Assembly (NCBI GenBank): GCA_030704615.1
Contig: CM060731.1
Location: 41,044,001-41,108,000, forward strand
Direction of reading: 5' to 3'
DNA from: Takakia lepidozioides
Lineage: Eukaryota; Plantae; Bryophyta
DNA: 64,000 nucleotides
In this document: positions 25,884 through 38,280 of the stretch, in pieces
How the letters are laid out: every line of letters starts with the position of its first letter
How positions within the stretch are numbered: position 1 is the stretch's first letter
Made by a program: the position numbers and the translations under genes
Notes under the pieces: model-generated
The model's input: the letters and a program-made list of their open reading frames with translations, nothing else
What the model was told of the DNA's origin: nothing
Database searches by the model: none

Positions 25884-26551
25884 ACTAACTTCATGGGGTT
25901 CCAACTAGGCGAAAAGGTGTTTATGTCGTTTCCTGGATCTCCTTCAGTGGTTGCCTCAAGAGATTGCCTGAATGTTTCTAGGGAAGGAACTTGCCACGGA
26001 CACCACTTGTGTTAGTCTACCATTTCATGTAGAGAGCTGTTGGGGCTGCTCTGACATACTACTTTAGCCATACCGTTGTAATACGCCTTTAATTCTAGGA
26101 ACCGTTGATATCTGCGATGACCCTGATAAGCCTACTTGGCAGTTGTCCACTCACGCCTTGCCGCGTGGTAGTGACTCACATGTGATGTGGCAGCTGAATA
26201 AAGGGGTTCCTGAAAATGGAATCGGGGAGGTATTTTTGGTGTGCAAACTTGGTGTACGAGAGAGAGAGAGGTGTGTGCATGAGACAAATGTGCATGTGAG
26301 AGCAGGTTCTGGTGTGGTAACTCTGTACGTTCTGTGGTATGTGACTGACTCCTCATCGTGAGATTCGATGAGGCCTGCTCTACCGTGCTACTTCCCCGGT
26401 TACATGTGCATGCAGGAAGAGGAAGGAGAATCCCAACCATAAGCACGTTTTGTGGTGGAGATGGGGTTTACTGATCTTAACCTACCCTTGCTAACCATGG
26501 CCGCTCTTCACTGTTCTCAGCCGCGTCTCCTGTTGCGATCTTCTGTGTACT

Positions 26552-27760
26552 GTGTGTGTTGTATTGCTGCTCATCATGGTGTCTCACGGTTCTCTCCCAG
26601 TGGCTTCTGAAGTTTCAGCATCTGCTTCCTCACAATCCTCTTCCGCTGGTGTGGTCACCAGCTCCTCGTCCCCCCGTGTGCATCGCGTTCATCGTGCTGC
26701 TTTAGCAGCAACTCGTTCCCGTGACTATTGTGCTACTCCTCGCTCTACTTATCCAGCTGCTCCTCTACGTCACACAGCGCGCCCTAGTTCACCATTGTTT
26801 TCAAGGGAAGACACAGACCCGCACCCATTTGAGGAGTATGAAGAACCTTGGCATGAAGAAACGCTGGATTGGGACGTTGACCCCGTTGTTCTAATTCCAG
26901 AAGAGGTCCTAGCTCAGGTGGAACATGACCTCTACCAGCAAAAGATTCTGAATCTCCATGAACAGCAACCTCTACATGAAGATGCTCGTCGTTATGACTG
27001 CTTCCTAAACGCCATCAGAAGGGAATTTAGCGAGCCTCCTATCTTACCTCACTACAGCGCATGCAACTCGAAGACAATTGCCTGAACACGCAACATCTTC
27101 CTGTGGTAACTGACGAGGCTACATTGTGGGAACAAACCATCCTTCCGATCGCGAACATCAAACAGCTAGCTTCTCGACGACAAAGTCTCAGCTAGCAGTT
27201 ACTGGGCATTCCCGCAACTTTGATATTTGGTGACAAGGAAGCAGCTCTTACGTTTCGCAAGGGAGATTGCCTCATAAACCCTCTATGGCTTGACTTCTTT
27301 GTGCAAGGCCCTGGTGCTTTGTTGTTGCATGCAATTCGTTTTTGCAGCACTGTCTCTTTGGACTGACAGGTATCGTATTGTGACCTTCTTCATGGCATGA
27401 GCGTTGTGAACGAAAGGGTAGACACATATGATTTGATAGTCTACCCTGCTCGTATGTTCGAAGACGAATGGATAGTGCACTTACAACGAGAAGACCGCAT
27501 AGCTAACTACCCTCTGAGCTCCATACCGATCCGTGAGTGGGGTTATCCCATAGTGCATGTGGATTTTTGGCAAAAAACCCCTATAACTTGGCAGTTCCTA
27601 ACCGCTGCTGACTACAAAAGAGAAGACTTCTTGCTGCTCCGTATTAGCACCACTCAGGTGTGGCAGTTTGAATCCATCTCCAGCACGTCTTCATCATATT
27701 GCAATCCCACGGATAGACGAACGGGTACTGGAGGATTTGGAGAGGCAGGGAGACCAGCTC
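26552..27760 (+). pseudogene. Extra ORF upstream of gag in Gypsy copy 1 (unknown domain, broken)
   Basis: YDLIVYPA-x19-YP..IVHVDF..WQFL..WQFES aligns with the copy 2 ORF 35895..36809. Confidence 0.6.
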
Positions 27761-28889
27761 GTGTACCTCCTGAGAATGTAGAAGTGTGTAAGAACGCTCC
27801 TCACCCCTTTTGCTTGACATCGTCCGTTGAGATGCCTAGTACCACTAAGTCCTGGTTGCCGTTCAGATTCTCCCAAGAATACAGACAACGTGCCCATTCC
27901 CCCAGTGACCCCTCCTTTGATCAATGACTCAAAAGCTAAAAGAAAGATGGAACACCTTAATTTTAGTGTCACCAAACCTCTACCCAAGGTGACCAATGAT
28001 TCTGACAGTGAAGTGCCTTCTTTGGTTGGAGAAGAGATCATTACACCTGGCATTCATTTGGATAACTCCTCCCCCGGAGTGACAATGGGTGAGGTGTCCA
28101 GATTTCCGTCTTCATTAAAGATCCTTATGAATCAGGCTGTGGCTATGGATGCTGTCCAGAAACCTGTGGCAGTACCCAAACCCCATGCCACTGGTCCCAA
28201 GGTCCAAGCTCAGGCCTATCCAGAATTCAGATTGGGAGAAGACTATGATAATTTTCTAGAACTGTTTGAGAGTATAGCCTTGTTGAATGGAGTCCCTGAA
28301 GATTTCAAAGTTCATTCCTTCAAAATGGCACTTAAGGGACAAACCAGAACCCTACTCAATGCTGATTTAGTGGGAGAAAGGAGTCCTTCGTGGAAGCAAG
28401 TTTTGGACAGCGCCACCAAGCTGTTCAAACCTGATGAGCTTCCCTTGGAGACATTTGGAAAATTGTACAATAGGAAGTACAAATAAGGTGAACCTTTGTG
28501 GCAATACTACTTAGACATCAAGGTAGGAGCTGCTTCAACAAGGGTGATGGCCAAGAAGTGGTCATCCCTTTGACTACTATGCAGTACTCTCGCAACATCA
28601 GCAGAGCCAACCTGTCTCAGATCAGGGCTACACCCCTCCTGCTACGCCATCCGCTTCCTCCGGGAGTAATGTGATCCACCTCTACCAAATCCCCGACATT
28701 AATAGCCTTCGGCACTGGTTAAAGAGGCCTCCCCGCACCTCCTTCCAAGAGCCTAAGGACGTGTTAAGGAAAGTGACGGTAGGTTAGTCAATTGGCAGCA
28801 ATTCATGCAGATGGGAGCTCCTAAGGACTCTCTTCTCCAATGGGCCACACCTGTTGTTCGACAAAAAGGGGGTCAGCCAATACCTGTAA

Positions 28890-29165
28890 GAGATAACACT
28901 ACCTTGCTACGTGCTCAAGCTGATTTTATCATCCCTGCTATGTGCCAGAAAGTTGTACCTACAGGGCAGGCTTTCATGTCCAGAAGGACACTATCTTGAA
29001 ACAGTGGGATGGCAACGTTTGGCTCTCCGGAAACATTCCATGGTTGCTCCACTTGTTGTTGATAGAGAGTTTAGAGGGGAGATTAAACTACTAATAGCAA
29101 CCCTGAACGCATTCCGGTCACAGTCCGAAAGGGGCAAGTTATGGCTCGTATTTCTGCAACTCCTA
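28890..29165 (+). pseudogene. dUTPase-like domain N-terminal to RT, Gypsy copy 1
   Basis: Reconstructed across two frameshifts: LLRAQADFIIPAMCQKVVPTGQAF-CPEGHYLETVGWQRLALRKHSMVAPLVVDREFRGEIKLLIA-PERIPVTVRKGQVMARI. Confidence 0.8.
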
Positions 29166-32100
29166 TTAGTGACATTGAGGACATCCAGGAAGGATTCTCC
29201 CTTCAAGAGATGGGAATAGTGAATTTTGATGTAGACGCAGTCTCTGCCTTTGCAAAGTATTTTGCATCCCCTCTTGCTGAGAATGATGACACAGTAAATG
29301 AGACTCATGTCAAGGAGGTGCTAGAAACTGTGAATATAGGAGACTTGGAAGAACACCAACTTAAGAGGCTTGAACATTTGAGCAGACGTAACATTGATGT
29401 GTTTAGCAAGGGACCCACTGATCTTGGAAGAACCACCCTCGCTGAACATGATATAGAAAGTGAAGGAAAACCTGTCAAACAGTATGCCTACCGTGAAAGT
29501 GTGAAGGAACACACCTTTATACAAGAAGAGATCAAGCGCATGTTGGATGCTGGAGTTATTCGCCCCTTTGTCTCACCTTGGGCTAGCCCTATTGTCCTAA
29601 TAGGAAAGAAGGATGGTGGGATCAGATTCTGTGTAGACTTCAGGCGTCTCAATGCCATAACTAAAAGGATGTATACCCTTTGCCAAGAATTAATGAAACA
29701 GGTTGGATTTGGCATCAAGTTTCTGGCAGGTACCATTGACAGAACAATCTAAGGAAAAAATAGCATTCGTTTGTCGCATGGGCATGTTTCAGTATGAGGC
29801 TATGCCGTTTGGCCTTTGCAATGCCACAGCCACCTTCCAAAGGCTCATGGACGTGGTTCTTGGAAACCTGAGGTGGGAATGTGCTTTAGTTTATATAGAT
29901 GATATTAACATCTATTCATCATCCTTTGACAAGCATCTCATGGATTTACAGCGTGTTTTCTGTAGGCTAAGAGCAGCTGGTCTGAAAGTCAAGACAAAGA
30001 AATGCGAGTTCTGTTTTTCAGAGCTCAAGTTTTTGGGTCATTGTCTTACTGCTGCTGGCATTAAGCCTGATACTACAAACCTGGAAACAGTTTGGAATTT
30101 CCCCATGCCCACTGACAAGCGATGTGTGAAGTCCTTTCTTGGATTAGCTTCTTATTACATGAGGTTCATCAAGGACTTTGCTAAGATAGCTAATGCTCTG
30201 ACCAAGCTTCTGTCCAAGGACGTCAGGCTCTCTTGGGGGATGCAACAACAACGTGCATTTGAGAGGTTGAAGGTGGCCCTCACCACTGCACCAGTCCTGG
30301 TTTATCCTAACTTCTCTCTTCCTTTCAGATTGCAAACCGATGCTAGTGATGTAGCTAACTCTGCCATCTTATGCCAAGAGAGTGATGGCAAGGAACAAGT
30401 TGTTGGTTATGCTTCTCGCAAACTTGACAAACACGAGAAGAACTATTCCATTACCGATAAAGAAGGTCTGGCTGTTATCTTTGGGGTTAAACATTATCGT
30501 CAATATCTTCATGGCAGCAAGTTTGTGATTGAAACAGATCATCTACCACTTAAAGCCATGAAGCTCCTCGTGAGCTCAATGAGCGTTTGGCTTGATGGGT
30601 CTTGACTCTTCAGGCTTATGATTATGATATTGTTTATAAGAAAAGAAAGGAAAACACCAACGCTGATGCCTTGACTCGCATTGAACCTCATGTCCCTGTA
30701 CCTTACAGCAGAATCGAGGATCTGCTAGTTGACCTTTCAGCCACTGACCCGGCTGCAAATCCTGATCAGACCACAAACTTTTATTCCTGCATGAGTGTTT
30801 CTCATTTGGATAAGGTGTTGGGCTGGGATTTGCTTCTTAGGGATGGCACTTAAGGTCACTGTTGGTACTGGCACTGCAGGCAAGGGATTCACTCCTGTGA
30901 GGGAACATGAAGTTGCCTTCTAACCTGAATTTGGGCTGGTTCCCGCCTCTCTTGTATGCTGAACCATGTTCTTTAATTGATGCTCTCTCACTGGTACTAT
31001 TATGATTTATAAGCCTTGTCTGTTCTATAGTAAGTTGTCCTTCTGTAAGGGTTCAAGGTATAATGGCATGGAGACCCCAGATGCATGACACTCCTTGCTA
31101 CTTGGTTCTAACCCACGAAGATGATGGCCTATGTATGGCAGACATGGAGGATCTTCTGCATGAGGCACTACTCCATAAGTGTCAACACGGTGTCACGCAG
31201 GCAGGAATAAGTGACCTTGTTCGACGTCAGGTTCTCTACAACCAACACTTGCACGTAGTGAGGGAAGGAGTCATGTACAGAGTGTTCAAGGGTGTCCTCC
31301 CAGCCTTATGGAAGTGCCAATGAAGAGTTCTCTCCTTGTAATGTTTGCATTGTATCACGACTCAACTTTTGCTGGTCATTTTGGGGTGAAGAAGACTGTT
31401 GCCAGGATCAAAGAGAAGTTCTATTGGAAAGGCATGTGTAAGGATGTAGCCTTGTATATCTCCCTGTGTGTGGGCAGCAATGCCAAAGCCAAACTTCCTC
31501 GTGCCCCGGTGGTTCTCGAGTTGCAGTCCATTCCCGTAACCTCTGCATTAGCTAGGGTGGGTATGGATCTCGTAGGACCTTTGAATCTCACGTCGAAGGG
31601 CAATAGTTATATTATTGTAGCTACGGATTATCTGACCACAAGTGGGTAGAGGTCCAACCACTGGTGTCTAAGGATAGTGATGGTGTAGCTCAGTTTTTCT
31701 TTGATGAGATAATCTTGAGGCACGGATGTCCTTTGGAAATCCTTACTGATCAGGGCAAGGAATTCTGCAATATTTTGATGTTGATGATATGTCACAACAT
31801 GGGTATTCATCAAGCTACCACTCGACCTTATCACCCTCAATGCAACGGACTCACGGAGCGCTTCAATCAAACCATGTGTCTCATGCTGGAGAAGTGTGGA
31901 GGTCTCACCCAGGAATGGGATGTGCTTCTTCCTCCTCTCATTTTTGCTTTTAGGACTGCTGTGCATGCCAGTACTCGCCGCACTCCCTTTGAACTTCTCT
32001 ATGGTCGTCCTTGTGTCTCTCCTATCCATCATACTCCTCTCAACCCGGTGATTGCGGAACCAGAAGATTGGGAATTATTTGTTACTGATCTGCTGGCTCA

Positions 32101-33199
32101 TCATTCTCGGATCATAGATGAGGCTAAGTATAATATCTCCAAGGCTCAGCTAGCACAAGCCAAGCAGTATAATAGGCGAGTGGTTTATTCTTCCACATTT
32201 GTTGCTGGTCAAACAGTCTGTATCAAGGTGCAGCATGGTGCAATCGAGTCCAACGGTAAGACTCGCATTGAAGGGCCCTATCTGATTCATGAAATGACTG
32301 CTGGTAACAGGGCTAGATTGTTGCCTCAGCATCCTTCAGTCAAGGAGATCCCTGCGGAAGTGTCTATCGCTGATCTGTTGCATTCGAGACTACAGTTTGA
32401 TCTTAACATGTGTGAATGTGGAGGGAAAGACAGTGGAGATGTCTCCCAAGACGAAGGCTCGACAATGATCCCGGAGCTTTTTTGAAGGTATCCAAGCTGT
32501 GGCTTCATTCCAATTTAGCTCATGTGCTGATTTCACAGCACTTACAGCATTTCAAGCCACTGGGCTGACCATATCAGAAAGCAATTGTCTGTTGGTCTAA
32601 CTGGGGATAGGTAACATCGATGACACGGAATGATCACATCAGCACCACCAGAGATGAAAAGAAGAACAAACCCAAGCCCTAGCGATTGGGAAATGTGAGA
32701 GCTCGCTGTGTATTCACTTTGCTCTTAACTCCACCTATACTCCTGCATCATTGCAAGGAAACACACCATTTGGCAAAGTCCATCGGTGAAGACTCTGTTT
32801 GCGTCTCTATCATCCCCTCACAAACAGTTGCAAGGGTTCCTAACAAATAGGCAGAATGAGGAGCTAAACAACAGACCTCTCTAAAATCATTCCACTTCCA
32901 CACGACCTCGAGTTGTGGGGCTAAAGAAAAGATAGACACCGAAAAAACTCAAGTCAAGCTTACATAACTTACCAGCAAATACTTCAGAAAACAGAAGAGG
33001 AAAGACATAGCAAGGCGTTCCTAGAGTGACCCGCTCTCTGGCCTAGGTCATGCACGCGAGGGGGTTCACATGGAAAGAGGCCCTAACCCCTCTGACTGGC
33101 CTTTCCACATGTACTCCTGTGGCTGCTAAAAATGTTACAGGAGCAGTGGCTGAGGAAAACAGTCGTCTTATTATTTCCTAACAATTGCATAATATGCAA

Positions 33200-34120
33200 A
33201 TATCAGTTGGCATTGAGAGCATTGTTAACACAAAGAAATGTGATGTGGTTGGGCTTCAGCGCTTCCCACATTATTTGCTCATACATCTCCAAAGCCTCAA
33301 TCCCACACCCATCTTGTTGCACTTACCCTGCAATCATGGTACTCCAAGACACCACATCTTGTTCAGCCATGTTGTCGAACATTCCCTTTGCATCTTTGCT
33401 GCACCTACATTTGCATACATGTCCACCAGGGGAGTGTTCAGAATGACATCTGGTACAATTGCAGCTTTGACGATGTCACCATGGACTTCTGTGCCCTTTC
33501 CCAGAGCTGCCAGGCTCGCGTTGGGCATACATGGTCCACCAGGGCATAGTTCAAAATGACATCTGGTACACACACCAGCTTTGACAATGACACCATGGAC
33601 CTCTGCAGCCATTTTCCAGGGCTGCCAGGCTCCCATTTGGCATAGGTGTCCACCAGAGCAGAGTTCAGAATGACGTCTGGTACATTTCAGCTTTGACAAT
33701 ATCACCGTGGACCTGTGTGTCCATTCCACAACTGTCAGACTCACATTTGGCATACATGTCAGCAAGGCAGTGTTCAAAATGAGATTTGGTACAATTCCAG
33801 CTTTGACAATGTCACCATGGACCTCTGCTCCCTTTTCCAGGGCTGCCAGGCTCGCATTTGACATACATTACACCAGGGTTGTGTTCAGAATCACATATGG
33901 TACGTTCCAGCTTTGACGATGTCACCATGGCCTCTACTCTCTTATCTAAGCTGTTAGGCTCACATTTGGCATACATGTCCATGAGGGCAGTGCTCAGAAG
34001 GACATCTGGTACAATTCCAGCTTTGACAATGTCACCATGGACCTCTTTGCCCAGTTCCAGGGCTGCCAGGCTTGCATTTGGCATACATAGTGACAAAGGC
34101 TTGAGGCTCAAACATACCTG
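33200..34120 (-). pseudogene. PLS-class PPR pseudogene with a ~112-bp tandemly amplified unit (~6 copies)
   Basis: Repeated ASLAALExGxEVHGDIVKAGIVPDVILNTALVDMYAK with frameshifts; ends in DVVSWSTMIAG-like sequence. Confidence 0.85.
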
Positions 34121-34950
34121 AATTGAAACAGTCGATTGCTGATCTTGTTAGGTTGTGAACACCTGTGACTTCTTAGTGGGGATGACAGTGTTGCTTGGGA
34201 TCAACTTTGTCATGACTCCTAGTATTCCTCTTTATGGACTGGCCCTGCTAGACAAAGATTGTACTCTATTAACTGCTCCATATGACCACGTCCGTCGCCC
34301 TCAATGGGGATATCAACCATCTCCTAGCCAGATGCAGGGTTTCTAACCCTTAGAGTATGGAGGATGTGCGATAGCAAGAGCTAGTACATACCAATTAAAC
34401 ATCATGCTAGAAACCACAGGTTGCTGCAAAACTGCTCATCCCCCGATTTGGCTAAAGACAGGGAGGGGGATTGTGCTGAGCAGCTGAGAGAGAGTCTCTG
34501 TCAAAAGCCAAAACTGATACAATGAAAACATACGGTAGACCATGAGCGATGGGGGCACATAAAGCGGATGTGGTTGCAAAAAACACAAATGACCCACACT
34601 CACCTCGTTTTCCATCTGCGTCATCATTTTCCGCCATCCCCGTCCCTCTCCCGCCTTTCATATTCTTACCGCGTCTGCATATCCTTCTAGGTACTTTCGT
34701 CTTCCGCTCTCTCACAAAATACACTCACACACAAATTTCCAGGAGTTTCTCTCTCCTCCTGTTACATTGGAGAAAAATGCACACCTCGAAGATTCGTTAG
34801 CCTACACGCTCGATACCTTCATTTGGCTAAGGTAGTTTCTAAGTAGGTTGTTAACGGGACAGGTCTACTCTAAAACGGTATTAACGGGGAATGGCATTAA
34901 TGGGGAAGGTACATCAGGAGAAAAGCACCTCTGCGTGGTCTCTCCCTTAA

Positions 34951-35777
34951 CCCTTAAGTTCCCAAGCCTTTTTTTGACTTTTTACCAATTTTGGGTACCC
35001 AGCTGCAGTAAATTGCCCCTAGAAACCTACCAAAAATCATCAGGAGATTCCAACCTTATAGCAATGGGCCCAGCTCATTTATGCATGACATACCAAAAAA
35101 TGAGCCAAGTCTACCGTGGAAATTATGAGATTATAGCGTTGGCCCCGGACCTCAACTATCAGGTCCCAAAGAAAAAGTGAGAAACAAATAGGTTTGACCA
35201 AATCAAAACCTAGCTTTATCCAATTTTGCTTGCCCCAAGACCCACCATTTCCAAATCACTAGTGGAGTGGCTATGACCCCACTAAATTGCAGGGCCAACT
35301 GATTTTTGCACCTATGGTTGCTTTGCATGCAATTACATGGGGATAGAAATCTCAAAATTGACAAGAGAAAATGTGCCTCCAAATGAAGTACTTTTTTTTC
35401 TACAAATTTTTTAAAAGCCAATGGTGGATGTGTGTATGTAATGCTCACAAACCACAGGTGAAGTGCTTTTTCTAAAATTGCTAATTTTCTGCCAAAAATG
35501 ACCTTTGGAGTGCAATATGTTTTGGGCTTGTTTACCTGCCACGTCAACGGTCAACAAGCCCTTTTCAGGCCCAAAACGTAAATGAGAGATCTAAGATATT
35601 TTTTTGTAGGTCGTAGTTTTTTTTTTTCTTTTATAATTTTGTTTTTGCACCATACTCGAGACAAATCCCTTGTCATTAAAGCTTCAGGAGCGGGCCCCAT
35701 CAGATTAGATCTGCAAAAATTAGGTCAAACTGCAAATTCAAAGTGACCCGATTCAAGTCGCTTGGGAATTTAAAGGG
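34951..35777. mobile_element. piggyBac-like non-autonomous DNA transposon A
   Basis: TTAA|CCCTTAAGTTCCCAAGC ... GCTTGGGAATTTAAAGGG|TTAA: TTAA on both sides and a 17-18-bp imperfect TIR. Confidence 0.75.
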
Positions 35778-35940
35778 TTAAGGGAGGAGCCAATAAACAA
35801 GAATATGGCACATATTGTAGTTCATCCTGCAATGGCTAGATTCCCTCTACCTACCTTTTCGACATTTGGATGAATAGACACTGGATGATGACCGTTGGAA
35901 AAGGGCTTGGATGAAATCAGTTGGAAACAATCTATTTTAA

Positions 35941-36809
35941 AAGAAACTCCCGCTGGTCATTTTGAGTCGATTTTTGCCAGCATCGAGCGTGCTTCGGTTG
36001 ATCCTAGCCTGGTGGTTGAAGTTGATTATCCGCCTCTTGGTGCTCCGGTTGAACGCTCTGAATTGGTCCTCGACACGCCTTCTGATCACTGGGTGGCTCA
36101 GCTTGAGTTGACTGCTGCATTGGAGGGTCTGAAGCCCACCTATACTCTGCAAGAAGAAGCAGAACAAAGGCGAAAGTGCATCCAAGCGTTTGAAGGGGCT
36201 AGACCGGCCAAGGCCCTGCAACGTTTTTTTGTTGCGGAGATAGCACGCAAGCTTGCCAAAGACAAGCTCTTGAAGGGTTGGTGGCTCTCGTGGGCTGAAG
36301 TTGGTGTTCTGCAGTTCACAATAGTTGGGGAGGTTTCTGGCGAGTGCGAGAACTTCCTTCCGCCCAATTTACCCAGTGCGCATCGTCTGTGGGAGCTGGT
36401 GAAAGGTGGCAGTTCTCTTGTCTTGGCCAACCTGAGGCCCACCTGGAAACCTGATTACAATGTGGGCATAACTTGGGATGACCATGTTGCAAGCATTCCC
36501 GTCTCTCGCTTTCCTCATACTGTGCATGATATTTTGATTTTTCCTGCTATTGTGTGTAGACAGGAAAGATTGGGTTACTACTTGCCTGGATTTCTTGTTA
36601 CTTATTATCCGGTGCATACACTGCTTGCCAATGAGAAGTTTATCCGCTCCATTGTTCGAGTGGCTTTCTCGCTCAAAGTGGACGAAGAACTGTGGCACTT
36701 TCTGGGTGAAGGTGTTTACATGCTTCACAAACACAGATTCATAAGTGGCTATTGCATCAAAGATTGGGAGTCCAAATTGCGGCCTGCACGATCCTCAAGC
36801 AGAAGGTAA
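35941..36809 (+). CDS. Open extra ORF (~290 codons) of unknown function upstream of gag in Gypsy copy 2; true start probably deleted
   Basis: Uninterrupted frame; C-terminal HDILIFPA-x19-YP..IVRVAF..WHFL..WES is homologous to the copy 1 ORF. Confidence 0.65.
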
Positions 36810-37569
36810 CCACTTGTTTTTAACAAACAGACTACAATGCCTGTCACTACTCGGTCTGGCAAGGAGCCATGGAATGTACTAGATGAATTGGATAATGTGG
36901 ATCTTACTAATGATGTGAAAGTTACACCCTTCCTGATCCTATGTCTGAAACCTTGTCTCCCGAGGAGCCACTGCCAGGTAATGATACCAGTCCGACCCAA
37001 GGGGTCCCTCCAGCCTCTGATAATGTGCCTAACCTCAATATTCAGGGCATTTGTGATGCTATGGCTACGTTGTCTAGTTGTCCTGCTCAAGTCTACCTAC
37101 AAAAGCATCATTATCGCAATGAGAGGCATATGGTAGAGATGATGGATGAGCGCATGAGGTTTAAAAATGCTAAACTAGGGAAAAGCTGTCTACCTGTTGT
37201 TCATTCTACTCATCAACATACTTCCGACTGTTCTCATGGGGTTGCCATGGTTAAGGGTGGCTTTACAGAGGCCTCTCCTACATTACTGGAGGAGGTTAAA
37301 ACCTTACAAGAAGAGCTGCACACTCAGCTTCAGGCTGTCAGGGCAGAAAGATCCTGGAGGGCCGCACCTGCCAAGCCTCCTCCTGTTGACTCTCATCGTG
37401 GCCACACTCAGACTGGCCCACGGTATGAGGTTCAAGGTAAACGTGTGGCCTGTTTCATTAATTGTGGGTCACTTGAGCACTGGACCCGCTTCTGCACCTA
37501 TGCCGCTCTTGTCCCTGGTATGATTGAAGAACACAAACGAATTCAACGCGAATAGAGGGGCAAACAGCC

Positions 37570-37608
37570 TTTAAATGAACCGGATCGCTTGCGAAAGGGC
37601 CAAGCGGT
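37570..37608 (+). promoter_or_regulatory. Putative -1 programmed ribosomal frameshift signal (gag-pol)
   Basis: T TTA AAT heptamer in the gag frame (PLN), 7-nt spacer, stem ATCGCTTG/CAAGCGGT; pol (37651 frame) is -1 relative to gag (36941 frame). Confidence 0.65.
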
Positions 37609-38280
37609 TAGTATCCCACAAACCCTGCAAAGGATGACTCCATTGTTTCTGTGATGTTGTCCAATGAATTCAAATTAATGCATTGTGAAGCCAATAAGAA
37701 GCTTGGGAGGGAAAGAGTGCACCTTCTCATGACTCAATGTCACATATGGCACCTATCGTTTCATGTGCCTGTTGACAAAGGCTGTACCATGTCTGCTGTT
37801 CCATTGTCCGTGGTTCGACTACTTGGTCTCAAACTCACTCCAGCCACAAGTCTGCAGGTGACCATTGCAAATGGCACGCGTTATGAACCCCTAGGTTTGG
37901 TCACCATCCCTATTAAGGTCAGTTACAAGTCGGTCACACCGACTTGTATCGTTACCATTGGTGAGCAGTTGCTATTAGGCTTGGATTGGATGTGTGCTGT
38001 AGGGCCCAAGATTGATGTGGTTGAAAACATCATGTGGCTTGCCAGTGGCAGCTCCTCACCCCACAAGGTGCAGCTTAACTCTGTCTCCTTGCCCGCTGGT
38101 TGTTCCACTGCGCATCTCTCCCACATGCGAACCATTGTTGTTGAAACAAGACGACAGACTGGTGAGCAATACAACTGGACACGTTACTTTAACTTTGCCA
38201 AGACAACTCATTCCACCTTGTATCAGTGGCAGTCACCTTTGCCTAGTAAGAAGAGTGGCCCTCCCATTCCAATCCCAGCT

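Larger units (their letters stand above)
26077..32490 (+). mobile_element. Ty3/Gypsy LTR retrotransposon copy 1 (decayed): 5' LTR, extra ORF, gag, dUTPase-like domain, RT, RNase H, integrase; protease and 3' LTR not seen
   Basis: Putative 5' LTR ~26077-26471 resembles LTR 42182-42690 (TTGGTGTG.AAAC..GTGTAC; CTGACTCCTC; GCCTGCT.TACCG..TCCCCG). Gag capsid-like ~28200-28520; RT PWASPIVL..FCVDFRRLN, MPFGL, YIDD; RNase H LQTDAS..NYSITDKEGLA; integrase GHFGVKKT, VGMDLVGPL, TDQGKEF, YHPQCNGLTERFN, GPY. Confidence 0.92.

Noticed and set aside
33405-34090. CRISPR-like regular repeats
   Set aside because: Eukaryotic context; whole units repeat without unique spacers and encode PPR motifs.
35895-35940. 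Listed start of the 304-aa ORF
   Set aside because: TTG codon inside the LTR remnant; in frame only because of the apparent deletion removing the rest of the 5' LTR.
35941-36809. env gene interpretation of the extra ORF
   Set aside because: Upstream of gag, with no signal peptide or clear TM segment.
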